From Mobula hypostoma (Eukaryota), in the NCBI RefSeq assembly GCF_963921235.1, contig NC_086102.1, positions 22,568,001 to 22,632,000 on the forward strand: a stretch of 64,000 nt of DNA. Reading direction: 5' to 3'. The notes beneath the pieces were generated by a model that ran no database searches, was not told the origin of the DNA, and saw nothing but the letters and a program-made list of their open reading frames with translations. Shown here one piece after another: positions 40,615 through 52,426 of the stretch (position 1 is the first letter of the stretch; every line of letters starts with the position of its first letter). The translations under genes were made by a program, and so were the position numbers.

Positions 40615-42830
40615 ATACAGTCATAGAGTCATAGAGAAGTACAGCACCAAAACAGGTTCTTTGGCTCATCTAGTCTGTGCCGAACCATTTAAACTGCTAC
40701 TCCCATCGACTTGCCCCATAACCCTCCATACCCCTGCCATCTTCGTACCTATCCAAACCATAGAAACTACAGCACAGAAACAGGCCTTTTGGCCCTTCTT
40801 GACTGTGCCGAACCATTTTCTGCCTAGTCCCACTGACCTGCACACGGACCATATCCCTCCATACACCTCCCATCCATGTATCTGTCCAATTTATTCTTAA
40901 ATGTTAAAAAAGAACCCGCATTTACCACCTCGTCTGGCAGCTCATTCCATACTCCCACCACTCTCTGTGTGAAGAAGCCCCCCCTAATGTTCCCTTTAAA
41001 CTTTCCCCCCCTCACCCTTAACCCATGTCCTCTGGTTTTTTTCTCCCCTTGCCTCAGTGGAAAAAGCCTGCTTGCATTCACTCTATCAATACCCATCATA
41101 ATTTTATATACTTCTATCAAATCTCCCCTCTTAAATGTTGAAATCAAGCTTGCATACACCACTTGTAGCTCATTCCACATTCTCATCACCCTCTGAGTGA
41201 AGAAGTTTACCCTCACATTCCCTTTAAACTTTTCACCTTTCATCCTTAACCCATGACCTCTAGTCCCACCCAACCTTAGTAGTAAAAGTCTGCTTGGATT
41301 TACTGTATCAATATCCCACATATTTTTATATACTTTTATCAAATCTCCCCTCAGTTTTCTATGTTCCAAGAGAAAAAGTTCTAACCTATTCAATATTTCC
41401 TTATAACTCAGGTCCTTCAGCCCTGGCAACATCCTTGTAAATTTTCTCTATACACTTTCAACCTTATTTACAACATTCCTGTAGGAAGGTGACCAAAACT
41501 GTACACAATACTCCAAATGAAGCCTCAGTGATTCTTATACAACTTCTTCCTGTACTCAATACTTTGATTAATGAAGGCCAATATGCCAAAAGCTTTCTTT
41601 ATGACCCTCTCTATCTGTGACGCCACTTTCAATGAATTATAGACCTGTATTCCCAGATCCCTTTTTTTTCTACAACACTTTTCAGTGCCCTACCATTTAC
41701 TGTGTAAGACCTACCTTGGTTGGTCCTACCAAAGTGCAACACCTCACTCTTGTCTGCATTAAATTCCATCTGCTATTTTTCAGCCCATTTTTCCAGCTGG
41801 TCCCAGTCCCGTTGCAAACTCTGGTAGTCTTCCTCACTGTCCTCTACACCCCCAATCTTGGTGTCATCCAAAAATTTGCTGATCCAGTTAGTTATATTAT
41901 TATCCAGATCGTTGCTATAGATGACAAACAGTAATGGACCCAGTCCCGGTCCCTGCGGCACACCACTAATCACAGGCCTCCAGTCAGAGAAGTAACCATC
42001 AATTACGCACTCTAGTTTCTTCACAAAGCCAATGTCTAATTTAATTTACTACCTCATCTTGAATGCCAAGCGACTGAACCTTTCTGACCAACCTCCAATG
42101 TGGGACCTTGTCAAGTGCTTTACTAAAGTCCATGTACACAACATCCACTGCCTTGCCTTCATCAGCCTTCCTGGTAACTTCCTCAAAAAACTCTTAAGAT
42201 TGGTTAGCCATGACCTACCATGCACAAAGCCATGTTAACGATCCTTAATCAGTCCCTGTCAATCCAAGTACTCCTCTATCCAGTCCCTTAGAATACCTAT
42301 CAATAATTTTCAGACTACAGATGTCAGGCTTACCAGCCTATAATTCTCTCGCTTATTTGTAGAGCCTTTCTTAAACAGCAGAACAATTTTAGATATCCTC
42401 CTGTCCTCCATTACCTCACCTGTCGCTAAGGATGATTTAAATATCTCCGCTAGGTCCCGGCAATTTCTTCACTTGCCTCCCATAGGGTACGAAGGAACTC
42501 CTTGTCAGGTCCTGGGGATTTATCGACCCTAATTTACCACAAGAGAGCAAACACCTCCTCCTCTGTAATCTGTGTTGAGTCCATGAAGTTGATGCCGTTT
42601 TGCCTCACTTCTATAGACTTTGTGTCCATCTGAGTAAATACAGATGCAAAAAAAAAAATGCATTTAAGATCTCTCCCATCTCTTTTGGCTCCATGCATGA
42701 ATTACCATTCTGATTTCCAAGAGGACCAAATTGGTCCCTTGCAACTCTTTGGTCTTAACAGATCTGTAGGATCCCTTAGGATTCTTCTTCGCCTGGTCTG
42801 CTAAGGCAACCACATACCTTCTTTTAGGGG
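40615..42830 (-). mobile_element. Composite of CR1 copies; a younger 3' fragment (about 40757-41130) is nested in an older one
   Basis: MLPGLKDLSYKEILNRLELFLLEHRKLRGDLI...; SGVPQGPGLGPLLFVIY..DLD...ISKFLDDTKIGG; two successive catagaa-type tails. Confidence 0.9.
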
Positions 42831-43532
42831 AATTTTAGGGGAAAGTCCAATATCCCTCTGATAAAAAGTTATCAACACATTTGAGAGTTAGATCAATTAA
42901 TAACTTAGCCCTTTTTAAAAATTTTGCTAATGTTATAACTTACTTTGACAGACAAATTTCGATACCGTTGCCCTCTAAAGTAACAAAGATACTACAGCAC
43001 ACACACAAAATTCTTTAAGAACTCAGCAGGTCAGTCAGGGCAATGCACAGTCAATGTTTCGAGCTCAGACCCTACAGCAGAACTGTTCATTTCCCTCCAT
43101 AGATGCTGCCTGACCTGCTGATTTCCTCTGTCATTTTGAGTGTGTTGCTGCAGATTTCCAGCATCTGCAGAATCTCTTGTGTCATAGATACCACAGAATG
43201 TTTTACAGAGAGGCATATCCAGCTGTAGTTTCCAGTGACGAAAATAAAATAAATATTATATTTGTACAATGCCTTTGAAGAATTCAGACATTTCAAAGCA
43301 CTTTGTAGCTATTGTTGAAATTTAGGATATTTTGGGTGTCCATTATAAGTTATTAAGCTGGATAATATTAACTCTTCCAACAACTCAGCCTTCTTGGATT
43401 CAGTTTGATAGGCTGTGCTGAGCCAACTTATGCCAGATGTGTGATAGTGAAGGTACAAGAATTGATCTTAATTTCCTTAAATGGAAAAGTGGAAACCAGT
43501 CTGGCAATTTACTGACATGAAAGCTGTGGGTG

Positions 43533-44109
43533 TACACTCAGTATTCATTTTATTAGGTACTCCCTATGCCTAATGAAGTGGCCACTGAGTTTACAGTATG
43601 TTCAGGATCTTCTGCTGCTGTAGCCCATCCACTTCAGGATTTTATGTGTTGTGCATTCTGAAATGCTCTTCTACACACCACTGTTGTAATGTGTGGTTAT
43701 TTGATTTACTGTTGCCTTCCTCTCAGCTTGAACCAGTCTAGCCTCTGTCCTCTGACCTTTCTCATTAGCAAGATGTTTTCGCCCACAGAACTGCCATTCA
43801 CTGAATATTTTAAAAAATTTTCTCATCATTCTCTATAAACTCTAGAGACTGTTGTGTGTGAAAGTCCCAGGAGATCAGCAGTTTCTGAGATACTCAAACC
43901 ACCCTGTCTGGCACCAACAATCATTGCATGGCCAAAGTCACTTAGATCACATTTCTTCCTCATTCTGATGTTTCGTCCAAGCAACCATTGAACCTCTTGA
44001 CCATGTCTGCATGCTTTTATGCATTGAGTTGCTGCCACATGATTGGCTGATTAGATAGTTGCATTAATGAGGTGTACAGGTGTACCTAATAAAGTGGTCA
44101 CTGAGTGTA
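43533..44109 (-). mobile_element. Tc1-derived non-autonomous element with a terminal TIR hairpin
   Basis: TA flanks on both sides; KKCDLSDFGHAMIVGARQGGLSISETADLLGLSHTTVSRVYRE; back-to-back TIRs at 43533-43594. Confidence 0.9.
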
Positions 44110-44934
44110 GATATGTGGTGACAACAGGGCTGAATTCTACCATTGTAAACTCCAAGTCAAACAGCTTCCTAACACTTGGCTCAGATAAAGGTGGACAAAT
44201 GAGAAAGCCAGCATCTACGAACCACATCCAAGTCAGAGGCAATATTTTGGGTTAGGTAGAGAGCAAATTTGGGATTGACTTAAAGTGTATTCTCATGTTT
44301 ACTGGTACTGCCAGATTATTACCCGTTTACCCTGTTTACATTTCATCTACTTCTCTCAAAATAATTCTATAATTAGGAAATGTTCAAAGTTCAAAGTAAA
44401 TTTATTATCAAAGTGTGTATATGTTACCACACTGCCCAGAGATTCATTTTCTTGCCGGCATTTACAGTAGAACACAAAGACTGACAATCAATATGCAAAA
44501 GAAGACATGTTGTGCAAATGCAAAAGAATAATAATCAATAATAAGCAAATAAATAACACTGAGAACGTGAGTTATAGAGTCCTTGAAAGTGAGTCCACAG
44601 GCTGTGGAATTAGTCCTGTGTTGAGGTGAGTGAGACTATCCATGCTGGATCAGGAGATTGATGGTTGAAGGGTCACAACTGTTCCTGAACCTGGTAATGT
44701 GGAACCTAAGGCTCCTGAACGACCTCCCTGAAGGCAACAGTAAGTAGAGAGCAGCACACACAAAATGCTGGAGGAACTCAGCAGGCCAGGCAGCATCTAT
44801 GGAAAATGGCCTGGCTAGTGGGGGTCCTTGACCATGGATGCTGCTTTCTTGTGTCTGCACTCTTTCCACGTGTGCTCAGCGGTGGGGAATGTTCTCAAAT
44901 GTGTGCTAATCCTCCACAGTTTTGACTTTTACAG

Positions 44935-45051
44935 CTGGTATGGATCAGACCTGGCTAATTATTGCCATTGTGGTGCCAATCGTTGTGGCCATCCTGCTTA
45001 TCATACTCATCATTGTGATTGTTATCTGCATAAGGCGAAGAAAGCAAGATG
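44935..45051 (+). CDS. IGSF5: IGSF5-like transmembrane exon (117 nt, phase 1-1)
   Basis: Splice sites gacttttacag| and GATG|gttagt. Encodes SGMDQTWLIIAIVVPIVVAILLIILIIVIVICIRRRKQD: a hydrophobic helix followed by a basic stop-transfer motif. This frame is absent from the ORF track. Confidence 0.92.
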
Positions 45052-45734
45052 GTTAGTTTCAATTTTCTCTTAGTCCTTTAGAAGATGAAGAACTTATGTA
45101 TGTACAGCTTTACTTTCATTTTGTTGTGCGTGCTCTTTAAATACCAAACTTTGTACTATATTTACGAATGTGCATAGTGGATTGGTATACTGTATACCCT
45201 GGGGTCTTACTGCACAGCATGCCTGATGGATTTTATCTGTGCTAGCAGAGCCTTTGACAGTCGTCCTATTCAAGTGAGCTGGAGTGATCTATATTATTTG
45301 ACGTTAACATAGTAAATTAATTTCTAACAATGATAGTGACAAATGAAGGCATGGGGGAGGAAAAAGCCTTGAAGAAAGAATTCTCAATTGATCCCTTTGC
45401 TAAATAGCTACCTTGAATTAGTCAAGGACAAATAGTTGCCAATGTTAGTCATTTATTTGCAGACAATATGTTCCACATATTCACTGCTCTCTGTGTAAAA
45501 TAATGAAGGGCAGATTATTGTCTGAAACCCTTGATTCCAGATAACTCAGTGATTCATATCCAGGTCTGTCAAAACATGGTTTAAACTGGGTTTCAGATGT
45601 TCTCCCAAGTTGGAGCAAAAAGGACTGAACTAACTTCTGTGTAGCACATTGAGATGGTTATATTGTTCAAAAGCCTCAATAATGGACACTGGAATGCCTT
45701 CTCAGATGTGTTTTGTCCCTTTATGTGGACCTTT

Positions 45735-45998
45735 AGCTGAACAGGCCTTTTGGCCCTTCAAGCTATGCTGCCCAGCAATCCCCGATTTAATCAGAGCCCA
45801 ATAATGGGATAATTTACAATAACCAATTAACCTACTAACCAGCGCGTCTTTGGACTGAGGGAGGAAACTGGAGTATACGGAGGAAACCCACGCAGTCAAT
45901 GGGAGAACGTAAAAGCTCCTTACAGACAGCAGCGGGAATTGAAACTGGGTCGCATGTACTGTAAAGCATTGTGCTAACCACCACACTATCATGCCATC
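45735..45998 (-). mobile_element. V-SINE (HE1-type)
   Basis: ggaaactggagtatacggaggaaacccacgcag...gggaattgaaact...gctaaccaccacac. Confidence 0.8.
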
Positions 45999-46044
45999 CA
46001 AATTAATTTGCTCTTTTATAATTGCATTTTTCTTTTCTTTTTAG

Positions 46045-46069
46045 AAACAAGCTACCAGAATGAGTTAAA
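46045..46069 (+). CDS. IGSF5: IGSF5-like 25-nt juxtamembrane exon (ETSYQNELK, phase 1-2)
   Basis: Long pyrimidine tract tttttcttttctttttag| and perfect donor |gtaagt. It bridges the phase 1 end of the TM exon to the phase 2 start of exon 55631. Confidence 0.85.
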
Positions 46070-46344
46070 GTAAGTAGGCGTGCATTAATTTTTTTGTATG
46101 GAATGTGCGTGGAAGGTCAGGGCTTAGAGGCCTATGGGCTGAAAGCAGGAAATTGAGACTAGCTGAGAGGGCATATGGTTAGTATGGACTTGTTGAGCCA
46201 ACATGAACCCAGCCATACAAACCCCCTGAGATTCCTACTCTCCTCCCATTTAAGGTGAAAAGGGAGAGATTTCACAGGAACTTGAGGGGCAATTTTATTG
46301 CCCAGACTGGTCAGAGGAAGTTATTGAAGCAAGAATATTCCAAT

Positions 46345-47520
46345 CTCAGGATGAGGCTTTTCATTCCAGGACGAGGGAGATGTCCTCCTTTTTTAAAGAA
46401 AGGGGCTTCCCTTCCTCCACTATCAACTCTGCTCTCAAACGCATCTCCCCCATTTCACGCACATCTGCTCTCACTCCATCCTCCCGCCACCCCACTAGGA
46501 ATAGGGTTCCCCCGGTCCTCACCTACTACCCCACCAGCCTCCGGGTCCAACATAATATCCTCCATAACTTCCGCCAGCTCCAACGGGATCCCACCACTAA
46601 GCACATCTTTCCCTCCCCACCTCTCTCTGCTTTCCGCAGGGATCGCTCCCTATGCGACTCCCTTGTCCATTCGTCCCCCCCATCCCTCCCCACTGATCTC
46701 TCTCCTGGCACTTATCCTTGTAAGCGGAACAAGTGTTACACATGCCCTTACACTTCCTCCCTTACCACCATTCAGGGCCCCAAACAGTCCTTCCAGGTGA
46801 GGCATCACTTCACCTGTGAGTCGGCTGGGGTGATATACTGCGTTCGGTGCTCCCGATGTGACCTTCTATATATTGGCGAGACCCGACGCAGACTGGGAGA
46901 CCGCTTTGCTGAACACCTACGCTCTGTCCGCCAGAGAAAGCAGGATCTCCCAGTGGCCACACATTTTAATTCCACATCCCATTCCCATTCTGACATGTCT
47001 ATCCACGGCCTCCTCTACTGTAAAGATGAAGCCACTCTCAGGTTGGAGGAACAACACCTTATATTCCGTCTGAGTAGCCTCCAACCTGATGGTATGAACA
47101 TGGACTTCTCTAACTTCCGCTAATGCCCCACCTCCTCCTCGTACCCCATCCGTTATTTATTTTTATACACATATTCTTTCTCTCACTCTCCTTTTTCTCC
47201 CTCTGTTCCTCTGACTATACTCCTTGCCCATCCTCTGGGTTCCCCCCCCACCCCTTGTCTTTCTCCCCGGACCTCCTGTCCCATGATCCTCTCATATCCC
47301 CTTTGCCAATCACCTATCCAGCTCTTGGCTCCATCCCTCCCCCTCCTGTCTTCTCCTATCATTTTGGATCTCCCCCTCCCCCTCCCACTTTCAAATCTCT
47401 TACTAACTCTTCCTTCAGTTAGTCCTGACGAAGGGTCTTGGCCTGAAACGTCGAGTGTACCTCTTCCTAGAGATGCTGCCTGGCCTGCTGCGTTCACCAG
47501 CAACTTTGATGTGTGTTGCA
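46345..47520 (+). mobile_element. Penelope-like element (Neptune-type), 5'-truncated: linker + GIY-YIG endonuclease ORF (46380-47123) + pLTR with hammerhead
   Basis: PCKRNKCYTC Cys cluster, GVIYCVRCSRCDLLYIGETRRRLGDRFAEH (GIY-YIG with CCHH motif), HFNSTSH, LEEQHLIFRL; open 247-aa frame. Confidence 0.95.
47420..47457 (+). ncRNA. Minimal type I hammerhead ribozyme in the 3' repeat of a Penelope element
   Basis: tagtc-CTGACGA-agggtcttggcct-GAAA-CGTC^gagtg; one mismatch in stem I. Confidence 0.75.
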
Positions 47521-47580
47521 AGAATATTGACAACATTTAAAAGGTACCTGGACAGATGTATGGATAGGGAGAGTTTAGAG

Positions 47581-50500
47581 CAGGGGTGTCAAACTCATTT
47601 TAGGTCATGGGCCGGATTGGACAAAATGCGACCTCATGCGGGCCGGATCAGTTGTGCACGCACACGTGCTCCCACAGCTTTCGCTGCCTTCGTTTTTTCA
47701 ACCTGCTCTCATGTGTCTCAGTCTCTGTTATAACTACAAAGTGTTTCACTTTACGAATTTCGTTTCTTATGAAGAAGATTGCCTAGCAAGCATTATTTTT
47801 ATGATTGGTAATAACTTTCAGTTGTAGGCTACAAGAAAGTTGTGATAAGAGAAAAAAAAAATGCTATTTTGGCGGAGATTTTTCCGGGAGCCACACCCTT
47901 TCCATTAATAAACCATTTGAAATCGAACATTAGCAGACATAAATGTAGACCTAACGAAACAAATTGTAAATGTAGGCTACACAACTGCACCTAATTTTTA
48001 TTAGCCTGCTTCCAGCAATCAAACTCGGACAACGAACACAGTTAGCCTCTAATTTTTATTGAAGTGATCACATTTACAATAATAGAAAAGTCAGAAAATG
48101 AATGAATCACAATATTACGACACTCGATATTTCATCATGCATTTTGCTTACATGTCACAGTGCATCAAACAGTGTCACTCATTTTTCACTTGCTGCTTCC
48201 AGACACCTGACATCTATTGGCTTTAACCAGCCTGTCAACATCAGGGACCAGTTTCCGGGCAGTTGTGATTTTCATAATGTCATTTAGATGTCTGTGTGTC
48301 AGCTGAGAGCACAGTTTGGATTTTTTAATGTTCATTATGGAGAACGCCTGCTCACAGAGATATGTTGTCCTGAACATGCAAATTATCTTTGAGGCAAAGT
48401 CTGTCATCTTAGGGTACATCGGTCCCAGGTACTGATAGTGTCACGTACCCCATGACAGGTTAAAGAACCAGCAGAGGTGGAAAACACTTTGGAGTCCAGT
48501 ATTGCTATTAACTAATGGTATTTATTAGTAACTACGCAATACAGTAATATAAATGCAGATAGATCAAACAGGGTAGCAATGATAATATATATATATAAGT
48601 GTGGAAATATAACAACTAAGCTTCTTCAAGTCTAGGGGTAAATGGATACAGTCTTACGATGATGAGTAAAGTTCAGTTCAGTTCGTGGTATTGAGTTGAG
48701 TAGTGGTGGAGAGGGAAAGGTGTTTGGTTCTTCAGGTGAGCTGATGACGTCGATTTTCCCGTTGTCCTCTGAAACTTCCAAGTTTGCCAAACTTGACCAA
48801 CTTAAGAGCGCTGTCTTCTTCGAGTGATAGTCTACCAACCCAGGTGAGGGTTAGACACACTAGTAGAGTCCACAGGGTCGCTCTTTCATGCACTAATAAG
48901 CACAGATTGATCCCTCGTAATCGATCCACAGTCCCACACTCGTGGGCACCTAAACAGGATAGTGGTAACTTCACCACACCCTAGTGCGTCTGCGTGTCCC
49001 ATGTCCTGTGAAATAAGCAATTACGCTGATTTAAATACTGTTGTGCTGAACACCAGCTGTCAATCAAGTAGCTCCTCCCTTCTCTCTCTGTAAGAACTTA
49101 GAAGCTGCCAATGTCCTTGCAGAAGTGTAAACATGCTGCAGAGAAACCATAACACCATCTCCAAGCAGTCTTTGCCTCTCTCTCTCTTAATAAGAAGTTG
49201 TCTGTGTTGGACACCTCTCTCTCTCTCTTTTCAAAAAGCACAGTTCATAGGGGTAATTGTGGACCCCGTCACAATAGAATGAGTCCAGACCCACAGTCTC
49301 AAATTTATATTTCAAAGCCGAGTTACACTGAATTTCAATTAGTTCCATTTGGAATTTCTCCGGCACATCTGATGCTGCGTTGACGGCAAATAGCAAGCAA
49401 AATAGTGAGAATTCCTTCTCAAGCTGAAGACTTGGAAACGATTGTGAAACTCACTTTTCAGCCGTGATACTTTGTCCTTGTACCTGTCCATGTTGTCATT
49501 ATTCCCATGAGCGACATGTACAGACTGCAAAGAGGGGAAATGAGCTGGGTTGCTACGGGATAGTTGCATCTCCCACAGGCCTAATTTAATTTGAAAGGCA
49601 CGAATGTTGTTATAGTATTTCGTAACAAGTTTATTGTGGCCTTGCATGTTAACATTAAGCACATTTAAGTGCTCTGTTATATCCACCAGAAATGCAAGAT
49701 CATGAAGCCAGTCTGGGTCATCCAACTCTGCCACTGGCTTCCCTTTCTCGTTCATGAATAGTCCAATTTCCGCACGTGATTGAAAAAAACATTTGAGCTC
49801 AACCCCTCTGCTCAAACAGTGGACTTCAGTGTGGTAGGGTAGGCCGTGTCCAATATTACTTTCCGACAAAAGAGTGTCAAATTGCCGATGGTTGAGTCCC
49901 TCGGATCTAATAAAATTAACCGTTTTGATTACTACATCCATGACATTGTCCATTTTCCGGCTCCTGCTACATAACACCTCTTGGTGTATAATATAATGAA
50001 AATTACAGAATTCCTGCTCTGGATTCTCTCTCTGAACTTTCTCTCTGAGTTTCGCAACAACACCTGTCTTTTTTCCGACCATGGACGGTGCGCCATCTGA
50101 CAGCGTGACTCCAGTCAACCCCCAGTCTGTCCAAGGCCTCGATGATGCTGGAGAAAATGTTGTTCACCATTGTGGTGTTTGTCATGGGCACCATCTCCAC
50201 AAACTCCTCGGTGACGGTCAAAGATACATCAATAACAGGAATAAATATTCCCAATTGAGCTACATCAGTCACGTTGGTGCTCTCATCAATTGCAATATGG
50301 AAGGCAATAAATGACTTCACTTTGTCTTTTAGTTGACTGTTCAAATCTCCTGCAAGGTCCTCGATTCTCTCTGCCACAGTATTTCTTGACAAGCTGATAT
50401 TACCAAAAGCCTGTCTCTTCTCAGGGCACGGCAGCTCAGCGGGTGTCAGCATGCATGCTTTGATGAATTCCCTCTCTGAGTATGGCTTCGACGCAGCAGC

Positions 50501-51158
50501 TATTTTGCTGGCAATGATATAGCTGGCCTTGACAGCTCCATCATGAGTCTCTTGACTTTTGGTGAACACTGCTGTTTTTTCAGAGCTGCTTCAAGCTCGT
50601 TTACCTTTTGCGTTCTGAGTCGTCCAGCTTACTTGTCATATTTCTCTCCGTGTGACGTCTCATAGTGTCGTTTGATATTGTACTCTTTTGCCACAGCCAC
50701 TTGTTGTGAGCATATCAGACACACAGGTTTGCCATTGACCTCACAGAAGAAAAACGATCTTTCTAATTATCGTTGAATATCTCACATTCGATGTCAACTT
50801 TTCTTTTCCTGGAAAGCATTTTGAACCACAGCAGCAAACAGTCTCAGCCTTGCTACAGGTGTCACTTACCTGAGTACTCTGTGTGTTTATACTGTGTCTG
50901 ACGACATAAGTGGGGCCCTAGTGGTCTTCAGTGCAGGGTGGTAGGTGATCATGCACAGCGGGTGGTTACCTGCTGCCTATTGTTTTCTAAGTACACACAA
51001 CAAGCTGCTGGCACAGCAGGCTGTACAGACGGCGGTGGGAGAGAGTGCGACTGCTGTGCAGATACATAACAAATGGTCGTGAATGTACTTTTTTCCCCCT
51101 CTAATCATCCCGCAGGCCGGATTGGACCCCTTCACGGGCCGGTAGTTTGACACCCCTG
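47581..51158 (-). mobile_element. Full-length hAT DNA transposon (Buster/Charlie, GTF2IRD2/SPIN-like transposase), inactivated
   Basis: 15-bp perfect TIR CAGGGGTGTCAAACT; 8-bp TSD gtttagag/gtttagac. Transposase runs from ATG 50819 to about 48186: CLICSQQ...KRHYETSH zinc finger, AIDESTNV, SDGAPSM, CIIHQE-like motif, YLCEQAFS; stops and frameshifts present. Confidence 0.95.
48439..49273 (-). mobile_element. Solo LTR (835 bp, Gypsy-type termini) nested in the hAT transposase
   Basis: TG...CA ends, exact 4-bp TSD ATAG (48435-48438 and 49274-49277), AATAAA on the minus strand near its 3' end. Removing it rejoins ...LDSFY|QYLGPMYPK... in frame. Confidence 0.88.
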
Positions 51159-51166
51159 GTTTAGAC

Positions 51167-51242
51167 TCCCCCTAACTTTGTTTATGCCATAGACTAATAC
51201 CATTAAGCAAGAGGTCTCTGGACCTCAGGTTAGGAACCCTTT
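51167..51242. mobile_element. About 80-bp hAT micro-MITE abutting the large hAT
   Basis: Reverse complement aligns with 53617-53689; followed by gtttagag at 51243-51250. Confidence 0.65.
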
Positions 51243-51619
51243 GTTTAGAGGCATATGAGGTAAATGGGACTAGCTTAGATGGGAATCTTGGTAGGCGTGG
51301 ATCAGTTGGGCCGAAGGTCCTATTTTCTTGCAGCATGACTCTATAACTCTATAACTCTGAGTATGGTTCCTCGAGCACCCTTGAATTTAATAGCTTCAGC
51401 ACTGCGGGTCATGTCTTCATGGAAAGGGAATTGCTTCAGGAAAACTCCCAAAATTCCTGCCTCTGTTATTCCTAAACTCAGCTTTTGGTCATCTTCCAAA
51501 AGATTCCCTTGTGCTTCAAAGTGGTGCTATTTAAAATTGATAACTGTCCTATGAAATGTCTTGAAATATTTTCATTATCGGAAAGGTGCTATACAAATGG
51601 AAGTACCAGTTCTTATAGA

Positions 51620-52420
51620 AGTTACTAATTTACTGAGATATATTACCAGCAAGATCTGCATATGGTCCCCCTTCCAAGGTAAATGGTAAGGCACTGAGGA
51701 GTGCAGTAGAACAGAGGGATCTGGGAATACAGATACAAAATTCCTTAAAAGTGGCGTCTCAGATAGATAGGGTCGTAAAGAGAGCTTTTGGTACATTGGC
51801 CTTTATAAATCAAAGTATTGAGTATAAGAGTTGGAATGTTATGGTGAGGTTTTAAAAGGCATTGGTGAGGCAGAATCTGGAATATTGTGTGCAGTTTTGG
51901 TCACCAAATTACAGGAAGGATGTTAATAAGGTTGAAAGAGTGCAGAGAAGGTTTACAAGTATGTTGCCGGGACTTGAGAAACTGAGTTACAGAGAAAGGT
52001 TAGGACTTTATTCCCTGGAGCATAGAAGAATGAGGGGAGATTTGATAGAGGTATATAAAATTATGACGGGTATAGATAGAGTGAATGTAAGCAGGCTTTT
52101 TCCACTGAGGCAAGGGGAGAAAAAAACCAGAGGACATGGGTTAAGGGTGAAGGGGGAAAAGTTTAAAGGGAACATTGGTGGGGGGGAGGGTTCTTCACAC
52201 AGAGAGTGGTGGGAGTGTGGAATGAGCTGCCAGATAAAGTGGTAAATGCGGGCTCACTTTTAAAATTTAAGAAAAACTTGGACAGGTACATGGATGAAAG
52301 GTGTATGGAGGGATATGGTCCAGGTGCAGGTCAGTGGGACTAGGCAGAAAAATGGTTCAGCACAGCCAAGAAGGGCCAAAAGGCCTGTTTCTGTGCTGTA
52401 ATGTTCTATGGTTCCTAAAT
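51620..52420 (+). mobile_element. CR1 3' fragment
   Basis: LVRQNLEYCVQFWSPNYRKDVNKVERVQRRFTSMLPGL...; tail ttctatggtt. Confidence 0.9.
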
Positions 52421-52426
52421 AAAACA

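Noticed and set aside
47123-47422. MPHL... ORFs (also 61559-61900, 61701-61994, 62056-62463)
   Set aside because: These are low-complexity translations of the pyrimidine-rich Penelope terminal repeat.
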